DNA of 63,843 bases, the filler included, from Chiloscyllium plagiosum (lineage: Eukaryota): assembly GCF_004010195.1 (NCBI RefSeq). It is 5 parts of one record of this genome, joined end to end, with 100 filler letters (N's around TTAATTAATTAA, not from the genome) between each part and the next. Parts side by side here need not be neighbours in the genome. Positions count along the whole stretch, not along the records: positions 28,993 to 43,681 come from NC_057715.1; positions 43,782 to 54,908 come from NC_057715.1; 3 more parts are not named here. One strand, 5' to 3'. Within the stretch, counting starts at the first letter, position 1. The number at the start of each line of letters is the position of its first letter. The notes under the pieces are model-generated. The model was not told the DNA's origin. It saw only the letters and a program-made list of their open reading frames with translations, and made no database searches. Made by a program: the position numbers and the translations under genes. Positions 38,195-50,471 of this stretch are shown here, piece by piece.

Positions 38195-39345
38195 GGAGTC
38201 ATAGAGTCATAGAGATGTACAGCACGGAAACAAACCCTTCAGTCCAACCCGTCCGTGCCGACCAGATATCCCAACCCAATCCAGTCCCACCTGCCAGCAC
38301 CTGACCCATATCCCTCCAAACCCTTCCTATTCATATACCCATCCAGATGCCTTTTAAATGTTGCAATTGTACCAGCCGCCACCACATCCTTTGACAGCCC
38401 ATTTCACAAATGCACCACCCTCTGTGTAAAAAGGTTGCCCCTTAGGTCACTTTTATATCTTTCCCCTCTCACCCTAAACCTATGCCCTCTAGTTCTGGAC
38501 TCCCCCAGCCCAGGAAAAAAACCTTGTCTATTTACCCTATCCATGTCTCTCATGATTTTATAAACCTCTATAAGGTCACCCCTTAGCCTCCGATGCTCCA
38601 GGAAAAACAGTCCTAGCCTATTGAACCTCTCCCTATAGCTCAAATTCTCCAACTCTGGCAACATTCTTGTAAATCTTTTCTGAACCCTTTCAAGTTTCAC
38701 AACATCTTTCCAATAGGAAGGAGACCAGAATTACACACAATACTCCAAAGGTGACCTGACCACTGTCCTGTACAGCTGCAACATGACCTCCTATCTCTAC
38801 TCAATACTCTGACCAATAAAGGAAAGCATACCAAACGCCTTCTTCATTATCCTATCTACCTGCGACTCCACTTTCAAAGTGCTACGAACTTGCACTCCAA
38901 GGTCTCTTTGTTCAGCAACACTCCCTAGGACCTTACCATTAAGTGTATAAGGGGAAAGTGAGGACTGCAGATGCTGGAGATCAGAGCTTAAAAATGTGTT
39001 GCTGGAAATGTGTTGCTTATGCCCGAAACGTCGATTCTCCTGTTCCTTTGATGCTGCCTGACCTGCTGCGCTTTTCCAGCAACACATTTTTAAGCATTAA
39101 GTGTATAAGTCCCGCTAGGATTTCCTTTCCCAAAATTCAGTACCTCGCATTTGTCTGAATTAAACTCCATCTGCCACTTCTCAGTCCATTGGCCCATCTG
39201 ATCAAGATCCCGTTGTAATCTGAGGTAACCCTCTTCGCTGTCCACTACACCTCCAATTTTAGTGTCATCTGCAAACTTACTAACTATACCTCTTATACTC
39301 ACATCCAAATCATTTATATAAATGATGAAAAGCAGTGGACCAGTA
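38195..39345 (-). mobile_element. CR1 LINE RT and 3' fragment with a PLE insertion
   Basis: GPLLFIIYINDLD...SKFADDTKIGG plus C-terminal motifs. Confidence 0.92.
38952..39094. mobile_element. Fold-back PLE insertion, family A (asymmetric)
   Basis: 15-bp TSD cattaagtgtataag (38937-38951 and 39095-39109) and inverted gcttaaaaatgtgttgctggaaa arms. Confidence 0.85.
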
Positions 39346-39542
39346 ACGATCCTTATGATTTGTTTAATCTTCTTTTGCTGCAGTAAAGTTTGTTTAAGTT
39401 TAAAAATATGAAATTTTTGTGGCAAATTTATTCCAGTTAATCACTGGGTGTTCAAATTTCTCTTTAAATGCTAAAGGTTTTCACAGAGATCATACCAACA
39501 TGGTATGACTATACCTTTCTGTTTAGGCTTACCAATAACACC

Positions 39543-42500
39543 TTTTTTATATATAATATACTTTTATTAAGAAAAAATAGATTTTTAAATATTACAACAA
39601 ATACAAAACAATGCAATTCAAAACAGTACAAAAATAGTACAAAACTAAATCCAAATAATAAAAAAAATTCCCCAACCCACCCTCCTATACGAATGTATAA
39701 ACATATATAGAGAAGTATAAAATTAAAAAAAAACCTAAACTAGCTATTTAACTAACTAAATAAATACCTAACAACAAACAAATAAATAGTAATAACTCAG
39801 CCCAGCCAAACAAAACANNNNNNNNNNNNNNNNNNNNNNNNNNNNNNNNNNNNNNNNNNNNNNNNNNNNNNNNNNNNNNNNNNNNNNNNNNNNNNNNNNN
39901 NNNNNNNNNNNNNNNNNNNNNNNNNNNNNNNNNNNNNNNNNNNNNNNNNNNNNNNNNNNNNNNNNNNNNNNNNNNNNNNNNNNNNNNNNNNNNNNNNNNN
40001 NNNNNNNNNNNNNNNNNNNNNNNNNNNNNNNNNNNNNNNNNNNNNNNNNNNNNNNNNNNNNNNNNNNNNNNNNNNNNNNNNNNNNNNNNNNNNNNNNNNN
40101 NNNNNNNNNNNNNNNNNNNNNNNNNNNNNNNNNNNNNNNNNNNNNNNNNNNNNNNNNNNNNNNNNNNNNNNNNNNNNNNNNNNNNNNNNNNNNNNNNNNN
40201 NNNNNNNNNNNNNNNNNNNNNNNNNNNNNNNNNNNNNNNNNNNNNNNNNNNNNNNNNNNNNNNNNNNNNNNNNNNNNNNNNNNNNNNNNNNNNNNNNNNN
40301 NNNNNNNNNNNNNNNNNNNNNNNNNNNNNNNNNNNNNNNNNNNNNNNNNNNNNNNNNNNNNNNNNNNNNNNNNNNNNNNNNNNNNNNNNNNNNNNNNNNN
40401 NNNNNNNNNNNNNNNNNNNNNNNNNNNNNNNNNNNNNNNNNNNNNNNNNNNNNNNNNNNNNNNNNNNNNNNNNNNNNNNNNNNNNNNNNNNNNNNNNNNN
40501 NNNNNNNNNNNNNNNNNNNNNNNNNNTGGTTTAAATTTTGACAAATGGTCTGGGGCTAAGTGGACCCTGTGGAGAATCTTCAACTGTAAAGCATGGGTCC
40601 TATTGCAAATTGATATCTTCCTTGCATTCTCCCAAATATCCTCCCATGCCTCTGAAGAAACTTCAACACCCAGCTCTCTTTCCCACATCTTGCAGAGTTG
40701 ATCAGACTCATCTGAGGTGGCACCCGCCAATTGGTGATATAGAGTACTGACAGAGAGTGTACTCTTAGCCCTTAGTACCCCTCTTTCTATGTCAGATTTG
40801 TAGGGATCAGTCAAAAGTGTGGTCCTTTTTTGAATAAAATCCCTAACTTGAAAAAAACGAAAGAGGTCTCTATTAGGTAACTTGTACTTCCATACTAACT
40901 GATTGAAGGACATCATTACATCTCCCTCAAATAAATCACCCATGCAAGATATACCTCTAGCTGCCCAATGTTTAAATCCTGAATCTATCATACCTGGTTG
41001 AAAACTGGGCATACCCACTAAAGGTGTAAACAAAGATGTTTTGCCAATATTACCTTCCCTCTGCTGAATTGCCCTCCATGCTTTAACAGTATTGATGACT
41101 ATTGGGTTATGGCAATATTCCCTAAATGTCCTCACTTTGTCCAAAAATAGCAAACTGGTAAGCGGGCACCTTGCCTGGGAGACTTGGATATCTAACCATA
41201 TTGAAAGAGGGTCCCAACAAACCCAATCACTTACGTAGGTCAAAAGCGAGCTTAATTGGTAATTTTTAATGTCCGGAAGGTCTACTCCCCCCAATCTGTG
41301 AGGCAACTGAAGTTTGGCTAATTTAATGAGGGGCCGTTTGCGGTGCCAGATAAAGGAGCTGAACCAACAGTTCAGTCTCCTGAGTATTTGTTTATTGAAA
41401 ATCAGGGGGAGCATCTGTATAGAGTATAGCAAATGAGGGAGAATATTCATCTTAATAAGTGCTATCCGACCCAACCATGAGATTGGAAGTGCCTCCCAAC
41501 TTTGGAGATCTTGTTTAATTTTTTCAAATAATTGAGTAAAATTGGCTTTGAACAGCCGATCCAGAACTGGAGTAATGAATATGTCCAAATACACAAAACT
41601 CCCGTGCCCATCTAAATGGGAATCTATAGTCACTCTCAAGAGCCAACTCTTTTGTAAGACCACCCATAGGCATAGCCTCTGATTTAGCAAAATTAATCTT
41701 ATACCCTGAAAAAGCGCCAAACGAGTGAATGCATTGTATCAGGCAAGGCACTGAGAGTGCTGGATTTGTCAAGAAAATTAGAACATCATCTGCATACAGC
41801 GAGACCTTATGTAATTTTGACCCTACTTCTGGAGCTGATATATTGAGATCCCCACGAATGGCCTCTGCCAACGGTTCAATCACCAACGTAAAAAGTAATG
41901 GTGAAAGGGGACAGTCCTGCCGGTTGTCCCTAGAAATATTAAAATTGCTTGATCATACCCCGTTGGTAATGACCGCAGCGAGAGGTACACTGTAGAGAAC
42001 CTTTACCCATCTTATGAAAACTTCGCCCAGACCAAACCAGTCTAGAGTATAGAAAAGGTACGGCCACTCAACTCGGTCAAATGCCTTCTCTGCATCTAAA
42101 GAAATCACCAATCCCTGTATTGACTGCTGTNNNNNNNNNNNNNNNNNNNNNNNNNNNNNNNNNNNNNNNNNNNNNNNNNNNNNNNNNNNNNNNNNNNNNN
42201 NNNNNNNNNNNNNNNNNNNNNNNNNNNNNNNNNNNNNNNNNNNNNNNNNNNNNNNNNNNNNNNNNNNNNNNNNNNNNNNNNNNNNNNNNNNNNNNNNNNN
42301 NCAGAGATGGTGGGAGACAAACATGACTGTATGAATCATTAAACATATTCAGCATCGGGCCTGACGGGAAACTTATAAATTCCTTATAGAATTCACTGGG
42401 AAGTCCATCAGAACTGGGTGCCTTTCCACTCTGAAGCTGCCTCACAGCTTCCTGCACTTCTTGCTCTGATAATGGGGCATTGGAAAGGACTGTTGTTCGG

Positions 42501-43258
42501 GAGTCACACCCGGGAGCTTCAGATCTCTAAAAAAGGATTCCATTTTGGCCTGCCCCTCCTCACAATTCTCAGACTGATATAATTTAGAGTAGAATCTCTG
42601 GAATGCCACATCAATCTTTTTAGAATCACATGTTAGGTTCCTAGACCCTTCACTAATCGCTGTAATGGTTTGTGGGGCACTTCTCTTTCTGGCAAGGTAT
42701 GCTAAGTATTTGCCTGGCTTGTCACCATTCTCGTATAACCTTTGCTTTGCAAAAGCCAGCTCCTTCTTTGCCGTCTGTGTGAGCATGGAATTTAGTGTAG
42801 ACCGCAGTGCCGTAATCCTCTGTAGTTTGACCAATGAGGGCATGTCAAAATAGGCCTTCTCGGCTGCCTTCAACCGTGCTTCAAGGAGACGTTGCTGCTC
42901 ACCCTTCTGCCGCTTCCTACTGATGGAATATGAAATAACTAACCCTCTGGCATAAGCTTTGGCAGTTTCCCAGAGAACAGATGCGCTATCAACCGAGCCT
43001 ATGCTGATGTCTAGGAATGCCCGAAATTCCCTAGAGAAATACACCACAAACTTGCTGTCCATGAGAATAAAGGGGTCCATTCGCCAGTACCTTGAATCTA
43101 CTGAAACATTCTTAATTTAACCATGAGGTACACTGGAGCATGATCAGAGATGGCAATATTACCAATCGTACAGGATGCCACCAGATCCAGGGTTACCGCA
43201 GGGGTCAGAAAAAAATCAATCCTCGTGTGACATCTGTGCGGATTGGAGAAAAACATGA
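39543..43258 (-). mobile_element. L1-clade LINE ORF2 (EN, RT, C-terminus) and 3' UTR, frameshifted, with two gaps
   Basis: EN: FFSNPHRCHTRIDFFL...ISDHAPV. RT: SLDAEKAFDRVEWPYL and LYADDVLIF. SGYKINFAKSEA and LGRIALIKMNILP. AATAAA near 39563-39568 on the minus strand. Confidence 0.92.
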
Positions 43259-43485
43259 AATCATAGAACATAGAAAAATACAGCGCAGTACAGGCCCTTT
43301 GGCCCTCGATGTTGCGCCGATCCAAGCCCATGTAACCTACACTAGCCCACTATCCTCAATATGCCTATCCAATGCCCGTTTAAATGCCCATAAAGAGGGA
43401 GAGTCCACCACTGCTACTGGCAGGGCATTCCATGAATTCACGACTCACTGAGTAAAGAATCTACCTCTAACATCTGTCCTATACC
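43256..43485 (-). mobile_element. CR1 3' end inserted in the L1 endonuclease region
   Basis: catagaacatagaa tail and caggccctttggccctcgatgttgcgccga are homologous in reverse to 285-350. Confidence 0.85.
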
Positions 43486-43681
43486 TGGTTCTGGATTAGT
43501 GGTGCTGGAAGAGCACAGCAATTCAGGCAGCATCCGAGGACAGGCAAAATCGACGTTTCGGGCAAAAGCCCTTCATCAGGAATAAAGGCAGAGAGCCTGA
43601 AGCATGGAGAGATAAGCTAGAGGAGGGTAGGGGTGGGGATAGAGTAGCATAGAGTACAATAGGTCAGTGGGGAAGGAGATG
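43486..43681 (-). mobile_element. PLE family A pLTR with an intact hammerhead core, truncated by a gap
   Basis: Reverse complement reads attcCTGATGAagggcttttgcccGAAACGTCgattt. Confidence 0.8.
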
Positions 43682-43781
43682 NNNNNNNNNNNNNNNNNNN
43701 NNNNNNNNNNNNNNNNNNNNNNNNNTTAATTAATTAANNNNNNNNNNNNNNNNNNNNNNNNNNNNNNNNNNNNNNNNNNNN

Positions 43782-44907
43782 ATGTCGTTGGTGCCAATGT
43801 TGGACCACGCTTCGGGCTGCTCCCCCTCCCCCTTAAGGACCCGGAAAACACGATCAGAGACATCACGTACCCTTGCACCTGGGAGGCAAAATACCAAACG
43901 TGAGTCTCTCTCGCCACCACAAAACCGCCTATCTGTGCCCCGAACTATCGAGTCCCCAATTACTATTGCTCTGCTCTTCTCCACCCTTCCCTTCTGAGCA
44001 AAGGGGACAGGCTCCGTGCCATAGGCCTGAGCCCCGTTACTTACCCCTGGTAAGTCATCCCCCCCACAAGTATCCAAAACGGTATACTTGTTCTTGAGGG
44101 GAACGGCCGCAGGGGGTCCCTGCACTAGCTGCTTCCTCCCAGTCCCCCTCACTGTCACCCATCTGTCTGTAATCTTTGGAGTTATTACTTCCCTAAAACT
44201 CCGATCTATGACCCCCTCTGCCTCCCAAATGATCCTAAGTTCATCCAACTCCAGCTCCAGTTCCCGAACACGGTCTTGGAGGAGCTGGAGATTGGTGCAC
44301 TTCCTGCAAGTGTAATCAGCAGGGACGTCCATGGCATCCCTCACCTCAAACATGTTGCAAGAGGAACATTGCACTGCCTTCACTGCCATCCCTCTAAAAG
44401 TAACCTTTTATATATATAAAAAAAACTGGGTCTAAAGAATAGAACAAACAAAATGCAGCACTTACCTACTTACCACAACGCGTCTTATTATTAGGTTAGA
44501 GGAGGAGGGCGGGTGGGAGACACTACCTCTGTAGTGCCTCGGGTTCTTCTCCTGGGCGCTTTTAAAGGGAAAAAAAACCTACCCGGCTGCCCCTCCGGTC
44601 TTCGTCACTTCCCCCTGCTGCTCCCGCTCTTTCTGTGAAGAGAGAAAAAAACACCGCTGCCTGCTACCGGTAAGTAATTTTAAAACAAACTGTCTTACCT
44701 TAGCTGCTGCTCGCACTCAAAGTAACCGTTGGCGTCGAAGGGTGAGTATTTATACTCACTGCTTTCCTTCCCGGCTGCCCTTCCGGTACTCGTCACTTCC
44801 CCCTGCTGCTCCCGCTCTTTCTGTAAAGAGAGAAAAAAACACCGCTGCCCGCTACCGGTAAGTGAATTTTAAAACAAACTGTCTTACCTTAGCTGCTGCT
44901 CCCACTC
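43782..44907 (-). mobile_element. CR1 LINE 5' end: tandem-repeat 5' UTR and ORF1 (zinc finger/leucine zipper plus SGNH esterase)
   Basis: ORF1 from 44389: CSSC...CRKC, LQLLQDRVRELELELDEL, VIGDSIVRG, LPGARV, IGTND. 5' UTR repeats at 44582-44718 and 44770-44907 (period 188). Confidence 0.9.
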
Positions 44908-45155
44908 GTTTGTCTGTCCAACTGTCCTTCTCTCTCTTAGGGCTCTATCTCCACCTATCATTTAGTCCTTACTCCCTCCCCTACCCCATCTTCCACATAA
45001 TAGTTACCTACTTCCTTGCCACCGTCACCTCTGAAGAATGGTCACTTGACCCAAAACATTAAGTCTGATTTCTCTCCAGAGATGCTGCCTGACCTACTGA
45101 GCTATTCCAGCAATTTCTTTTCTTGTTTCTGATTTCCAGCAACCACAGATTTTTC
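44908..45155 (+). mobile_element. Old PLE 3' end (family C) with a degenerate hammerhead
   Basis: ctCTGAAGAatggtcacttgaccc aaaacatt...gatgctgcctgacctactgag...ttccagca. Confidence 0.55.
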
Positions 45156-45169
45156 AGTTTTTAATCCAT

Positions 45170-47190
45170 ATTTTTCCAAATTTGAATAAATTGTGTCCTT
45201 AAGGATCTTCTTCAATAATTATCCAACCCACTGATGTAAGGGTCACTGGCCTATAATTTCTTGGATTATGCTTGTAGTTCGTGTTAAACAAAGGAACAAC
45301 ATTGGCTAGCCTTCAGTCCTCTGGGACCTCTCCTGTGACTAAATAGGATACAAAGATTTTGTACATGACCCCCGCAATATCCTCCCTTGCCTCCCTCAGT
45401 ATTCTGGGATACATCCCATCAGGTCCTGGGGACTTCATGCCTGTCAAAACACACAGCTCCTCCTTTTTCGTATTGACATGCCCTAGAACATCAACATACT
45501 CCTTTCTAGATTCACCATCAACCCTGTTATTCTCCTTTGTGAATACTGATGCAAAGTATTCATTAAGGACCTCACCCATGTCCTCCAGCTCCTCACATCA
45601 ATTTCCTCCTTTGCCCTTGAATAGACCTACCCTCTCAGTAGCTATCCTCTTGCTCCTTACATACAGATAAAAAGCCTTGGGAGTTTTCTTAATCCTGTTT
45701 GCCAAAGGCCTTTCATGGTCCCATTTAGCCTTCATAAATTCTCATTTCTTTATATTCCTCAAGAGGTCCGCCTTTAGTTTCCTGAACCGAACATATGCTT
45801 CCTTTACCTTTGACATTAAGCTCACAATTTCTCTTGATGTCCGAGATTCCTGAATCTTGCCATCCTTATCCTTCACCTTTTCAGGAATATGCTGATCCTG
45901 AACTCTAATCAACTGGCCTTTTAAAAGATTCCCACATGTCAGATGTGGATTTACAAACAGCCATCCCCAGCCATCCTGCCTAATATTGTCATAGTTAGCC
46001 TTTCCCCAATTTCATCCTTTCACCCAAGGATCAGTCTTACCCTCATCCATAAGTAACTTGAAACTTATGGAATTATGTTGACTGTTTCCAAAATGCTCCA
46101 TCACTGAAACATGTATCGTCTAACCGGACTCATACCCCAATACCAGGTCTAAGATGGCCCTTTCCTTAGGTGATTTACATATTGTTTCAAGAAACCCTCT
46201 TGGTTGCAGCTAAAAACATCCAAGCTCCATCCAAGCCCCTGGTGCTAAGGAAGTCTCACTCAATATCTGGAAAATTAAAATCACCCACCATATCAACCCT
46301 TTTGTTGTCACATTTCTCCATAATCTGTCCACATTTCTGTTCCTTTATCATCCACTAGCTGTTGGGGGGGCTCCCATAATCCACCTCCACCAAAATGATT
46401 GCACCCTTCCTATTCCTGAGCTCTACCGAAATGGCCTAACTGCATGAGCCACCCCGGCCCCCCACACAAACGTATCATCCCACAGTATAGATGTGATATT
46501 CTTTCTTATCAATAACGTAACTCCTCCTGCTCTTTTAAATCCCTATTTCTCTAGCCTGAAACATCCCAATCTTGGAACTTTCTGCTGCCAGTCATAGAGT
46601 CATACTGATGTACAGCACGGAAACAGACCCTTTGGTCCAACTCGTCCATGTCGACCAGATATCCCAACCCAATCTTGTCCCACCTGCCAGCATCCGGCCC
46701 ATATCCATTGTAACCCTTCTTATCCATATCCCTATCCAGATGCTTTTTAAATGTTGCAATTGTACCAGCCTCCACCATTTCCTCTGGCAGCTCATTCCAT
46801 ACACGTACCACCCTCTGTGTGAAAAAGTTGCCCCTGAGGTCTCTTTTATATCTATACCCCCTCACCCTAAACCTATGCCCTCTAGTTCTGGACTCCCCCA
46901 CCCCAGGGAAAAGACTTTGTCTATTTATCCTATCCATGCCCCTCATAATTTTGTAAACCTCTATAAGGTCACACCTCAGCCTCCGACGCTCCAGGGAAAA
47001 CAGTCCCAGCCTATTCATCTTCTCCCTATAGCTCAAATCCTCCAATCTTGGCAACAATCTTTTCCCTTCTCCCTCTCGCAGTCAAGTTTCTGTAATAGTT
47101 ACAATATCATAGTTACATGAGGTAATCCAAGATCTAAGTTCATCTGCTTTACCTAACTTACTTCTCGCATTAAACTAAATTCATTTCACA
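45170..47190 (-). mobile_element. Old CR1 ORF2 (EN to RT) with a younger CR1 3' fragment inserted at about 46591-47058
   Basis: GEVLNEYFASVFT...KSPGPDGMYPRILRE; the inner copy reads LSYREKMNRLGLFSLERRRLR.DL. Confidence 0.85.
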
Positions 47191-47507
47191 CCGTCAGTCC
47201 CGCCAGGTTCATTAAAAGGCAAATTCAGGTTTATTGCCTCCTTAGAAAGCTCAATTTCCATCACGTTGTGTTGTGGCAGAAAGCTTTCTGTCTATTTTTT
47301 ACAATGCTCATAAAATCTGAAAGAAACGTCACGATGTTGGGATACTGCCTGTGTGGATGCATTTCTGATTTTTCACTGTGTTGCTGACACCTGCCCTACC
47401 CTTTCAGGATTTGTAAAACTCCAATGAACACTTATAGATATCACTTTAGTTACCCTCTAAAATGTGTACAGTGTCAACTTCTGTGTTGGTGGCTATTAGC
47501 AAGACAG

Positions 47508-47715
47508 GAGAAAGTGAGGTCTGCAGATGCTGGAGATCAAAGTTGAAACTTTATTGCTGGAACAGCACAGCAGGTCAGGCAGCATCCAGGGAACAGGAGA
47601 TTCGACGTTTCGGGCACAGGCCCTTCCTGAAGAAGGGCCTGTGCCCGAAACGTCGAATCTCCTGTTCCCTGGATGTTGCCTGACCTGCTGTGCTGTTCCA
47701 GCAATAAAGTTTCAA
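47508..47715. mobile_element. Fold-back PLE insertion, family A variant
   Basis: Near-perfect arms centred near 47627, ttcCTGAAGAagggcctgtgcccGAAACGTCgaa, and 15-bp TSD ctattagcaagacag (47493-47507 and 47716-47730). Confidence 0.88.
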
Positions 47716-48019
47716 CTATTAGCAAGACAGAACAAGAGCAAGTATTCTTCACCATATTCTGGTCCTCCTCTTCCACTTGTTGTTCCTGCAACACTGCCTG
47801 GCCACAACTCCTGTAATTGCACCTGATAAGAGAAAGGCAGTCACTCAGGCTGACATTGAGGGAAGAGCAGGAAAGCAAGAAATCCTTGCATGCATTATCT
47901 GAATATCAGAACTAAATGTAGCATGAGATGAGAGTGGGATGTGAGAAGAGATGTTGTGTGAGAGTTCCTTCAAATCTGAAGTGACCCAGCATGGATGAAG
48001 ATATCCAGCTTTTTGATTT

Positions 48020-48590
48020 TGGTTATTAATTCAGGGGATGTCAGCTTTGCTTGGCTGAGACAGCAGTTGTTGTCTATCTTTAGTTCCCCTTGTGAAGGTG
48101 GTGGTGAACTGCCTTCTTGACTGGCAGCGGTATTTTCATTATCGCCTTGCCCTTGCTTTTGAAACAGTTGCTACCAAAGATTGGGCTCAGCCATACGTCA
48201 CACGATCAGAGTGCCTTCACATTTCTGCTCTTTCTGTTTGGATTTACTGGGAAACCATTCATCCAGTACAGTAACTCCTCTTCAAGAAAAAAAAAGTCAA
48301 CATTAAAAAAAAATTGCCTTCCTCAACCATTGCAGTCCACTTGGTGTAGGTATCCCGCATTACCGATAGGCAGTGAGTTCAAGGATTTTGACTCAGAGAC
48401 ACAGAAGGAATGGTGATCTATCTCCATAACAAGATGGTGTGTGACTAGGAGGGGAACATGAAGGTGGTCTGCTGCTCTTGTCCTTCTTGTTAGCAGTGGT
48501 TGTGAAATTGGAAGGTGCTGGTGGTAAATATCTGCATTGCATCTGTAGGTCACAGAATCCCAGCAGTGGTACAGCACAGAAGGACGCTCT
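48020..48590 (-). mobile_element. L2-like 3' fragments
   Basis: gaaggtggtggtgaactgccttcttga and tgcagtccac...ggattttgactcag are homologous to 23320-23640. Confidence 0.6.
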
Positions 48591-48698
48591 TTGATACAGT
48601 CTCTTCAAATGAACATCACTACTTGTGCCAATCTCCTAGTGTCCCCATAACCTTGTGCATTATTTCTAGCCAATTAGTCTTCCAATCACATTGAAATA

Positions 48699-48872
48699 CA
48701 GAAGAACCTCGATTGTCCGGCATTCAATTATCTGACTATCAGATTATCCGGCAAGATCACAAGTTCCCGATGCTTGGCTAAACTGTGTCATCTGGCATTC
48801 AGTTATCCAGAATTCAATTAACCAAATGAAATATTCCCCGGCTGTGTCCTTCAGACAATAAAGTTTCCTCTG
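48699..48872. mobile_element. Tigger-like MITE inside an old CR1 fragment (about 48600-49205, minus)
   Basis: TA-CAGAAGAACCTCGATTGTC ... GACAATAAAGTTTCCTCTG-TA; related to 11902-12072. Confidence 0.7.
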
Positions 48873-49369
48873 TATCTCCACCATGCACACAGGCAGTGCA
48901 TTCCATTCCCTAACTACTCGCTGTGTGAAAGAATATTTTCTCACTTTGAATTTTCTTCTTTTGTGGATCACTTTAAATTTGTGCCCTTTAGTTCTTGATC
49001 CTTTTATGAGCGGGAACTGCCACTCTTTTCGTCATAATTTGGGAAGTCTCTGACAGAACTCTTCTTAGCCTTATTGTCTGTCCAAGCAATATCACCTTCT
49101 TCAATCTATTCTCAGAACTGATGTTTGTCATTTGTGCAACCATCCTTGTAAATCACTTTTGCACTCTCTCTAACATGTTCACATCCTTCCTATAATGTGG
49201 TACATAGAACCAATCACAGAGAGTACAATGAGATAAATGAGACGGAACAGTTTCCAGCAGAACATAGACCCAAGCTTTCCAGGGAAATAAATAATCCAGA
49301 TCAAGCACTTTGGCATGCAAACATTTGTGTCAATGGGCAGCTCATGAATGTTAGTTAGACATCAGAGTC

Positions 49370-50000
49370 GATGACTTGAAACTTGGAAGAATTGTAATCT
49401 GTGAGGAGGACAAAACAGAACTCCAAAAGTACATTGAAAAATTGGTGGAGTGGGCAGAAAAATGGCAGTTGAGATTCAATGCAGAGAAGTGTGAGGTGAT
49501 GAACTTTGGTAGGAAGAACATTGAAAGACAATGTAAAATACAGGCAATTCAAAAGGTGAGTGCAGGAGCAGAGATACTTGCATAAATCATTGAAGGTGGC
49601 AGGACAGGTGGAGAGAGCAGTTAATTGAGTATGTAGTGTGCTTAGCTTTATTAATAGAGGCACAGAGTACAAGAGCAAACTGGTGATGTTAAACTTGTAC
49701 ATGACACTCACTAGACCTCAGTTGGAGTAATGTATTCAGTTCTGGGCGCCACATTAAAGGAAGGATATGAACACACTAGAGACATTGAAAAGTGACTGAC
49801 AAGAATGATTTCTGGGTTGAGAAAGTTCAGTTATAAGGATAGGTTGAAGAAGTTGGGGCTGCTCTCCTTGGAGAGAATTGATAGTCATTTGCAAAACTGT
49901 GAGTGGGCTGGCTGCAGTGAGCAATTAGGGTATGGAATGCATTGCCTGGAAATATGGTGGAGGCAAGTTTAATTGATGCATTCGAGACGGAATTGCTTAA
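49370..50000 (+). mobile_element. Old CR1 RT and 3' fragment
   Basis: LVEWAEKWQLRFNAEKCEVMNFGRKN. Confidence 0.85.
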
Positions 50001-50241
50001 TGTTTTTGAATTTTCAGTGTAGGCAGAGTTAATTAGGTTGGAACAGTAAAGATGCACCCCACTGGGCATAAATAACACAGTGTAGGCTGGGTTAATTAGA
50101 GTGGAGCAGTAAAATGAGATGAAAAGTAGAAAAAAATGTAGAGAACCGTCTTTCGATAATTTAATTGCGAGATTAGAGCCTGTTATATCTCAGATTACTC
50201 CATTTGGTAATAATGAGTATCAAATAAACAGTGTTTGAAAT

Positions 50242-50471
50242 TGAGTCGAGAGTGTGGTGCTGGAGAAGCACAGCAGGTCAGGCAGATCTGAGTAGTAGGA
50301 GAATTGACTTTTCGGACAAAAGCCCTTCATCAGGCCAATAGATTCCTGATGAAGGGTTTTTGCCCAAAACATCGATTCTCCTGCTCCTCGGATGCTACCT
50401 GACCTGCTGTGCTTCTCCAGCACCACATTCTTGACTCTAATCTCCTGCATCTGCAGTACTTACTTTCGCCT
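50242..50471. mobile_element. Fold-back PLE insertion, family A variant
   Basis: gtggtgctggagaagcacagcaggtcagg / cctgacctgctgtgcttctccagcaccac arms, CTGATGA on both strands either side of about 50337, and tail catctgcagtacttactttcgcct. Confidence 0.85.

Noticed and set aside
39768..41720. 650-aa ORF
   Set aside because: The length is inflated by N runs; the real part is L1 ORF2.
44582..44907. Spaced direct repeats as a CRISPR-like array
   Set aside because: Only two long units inside a vertebrate LINE 5' UTR, with no repeat-spacer periodicity and no cas genes.
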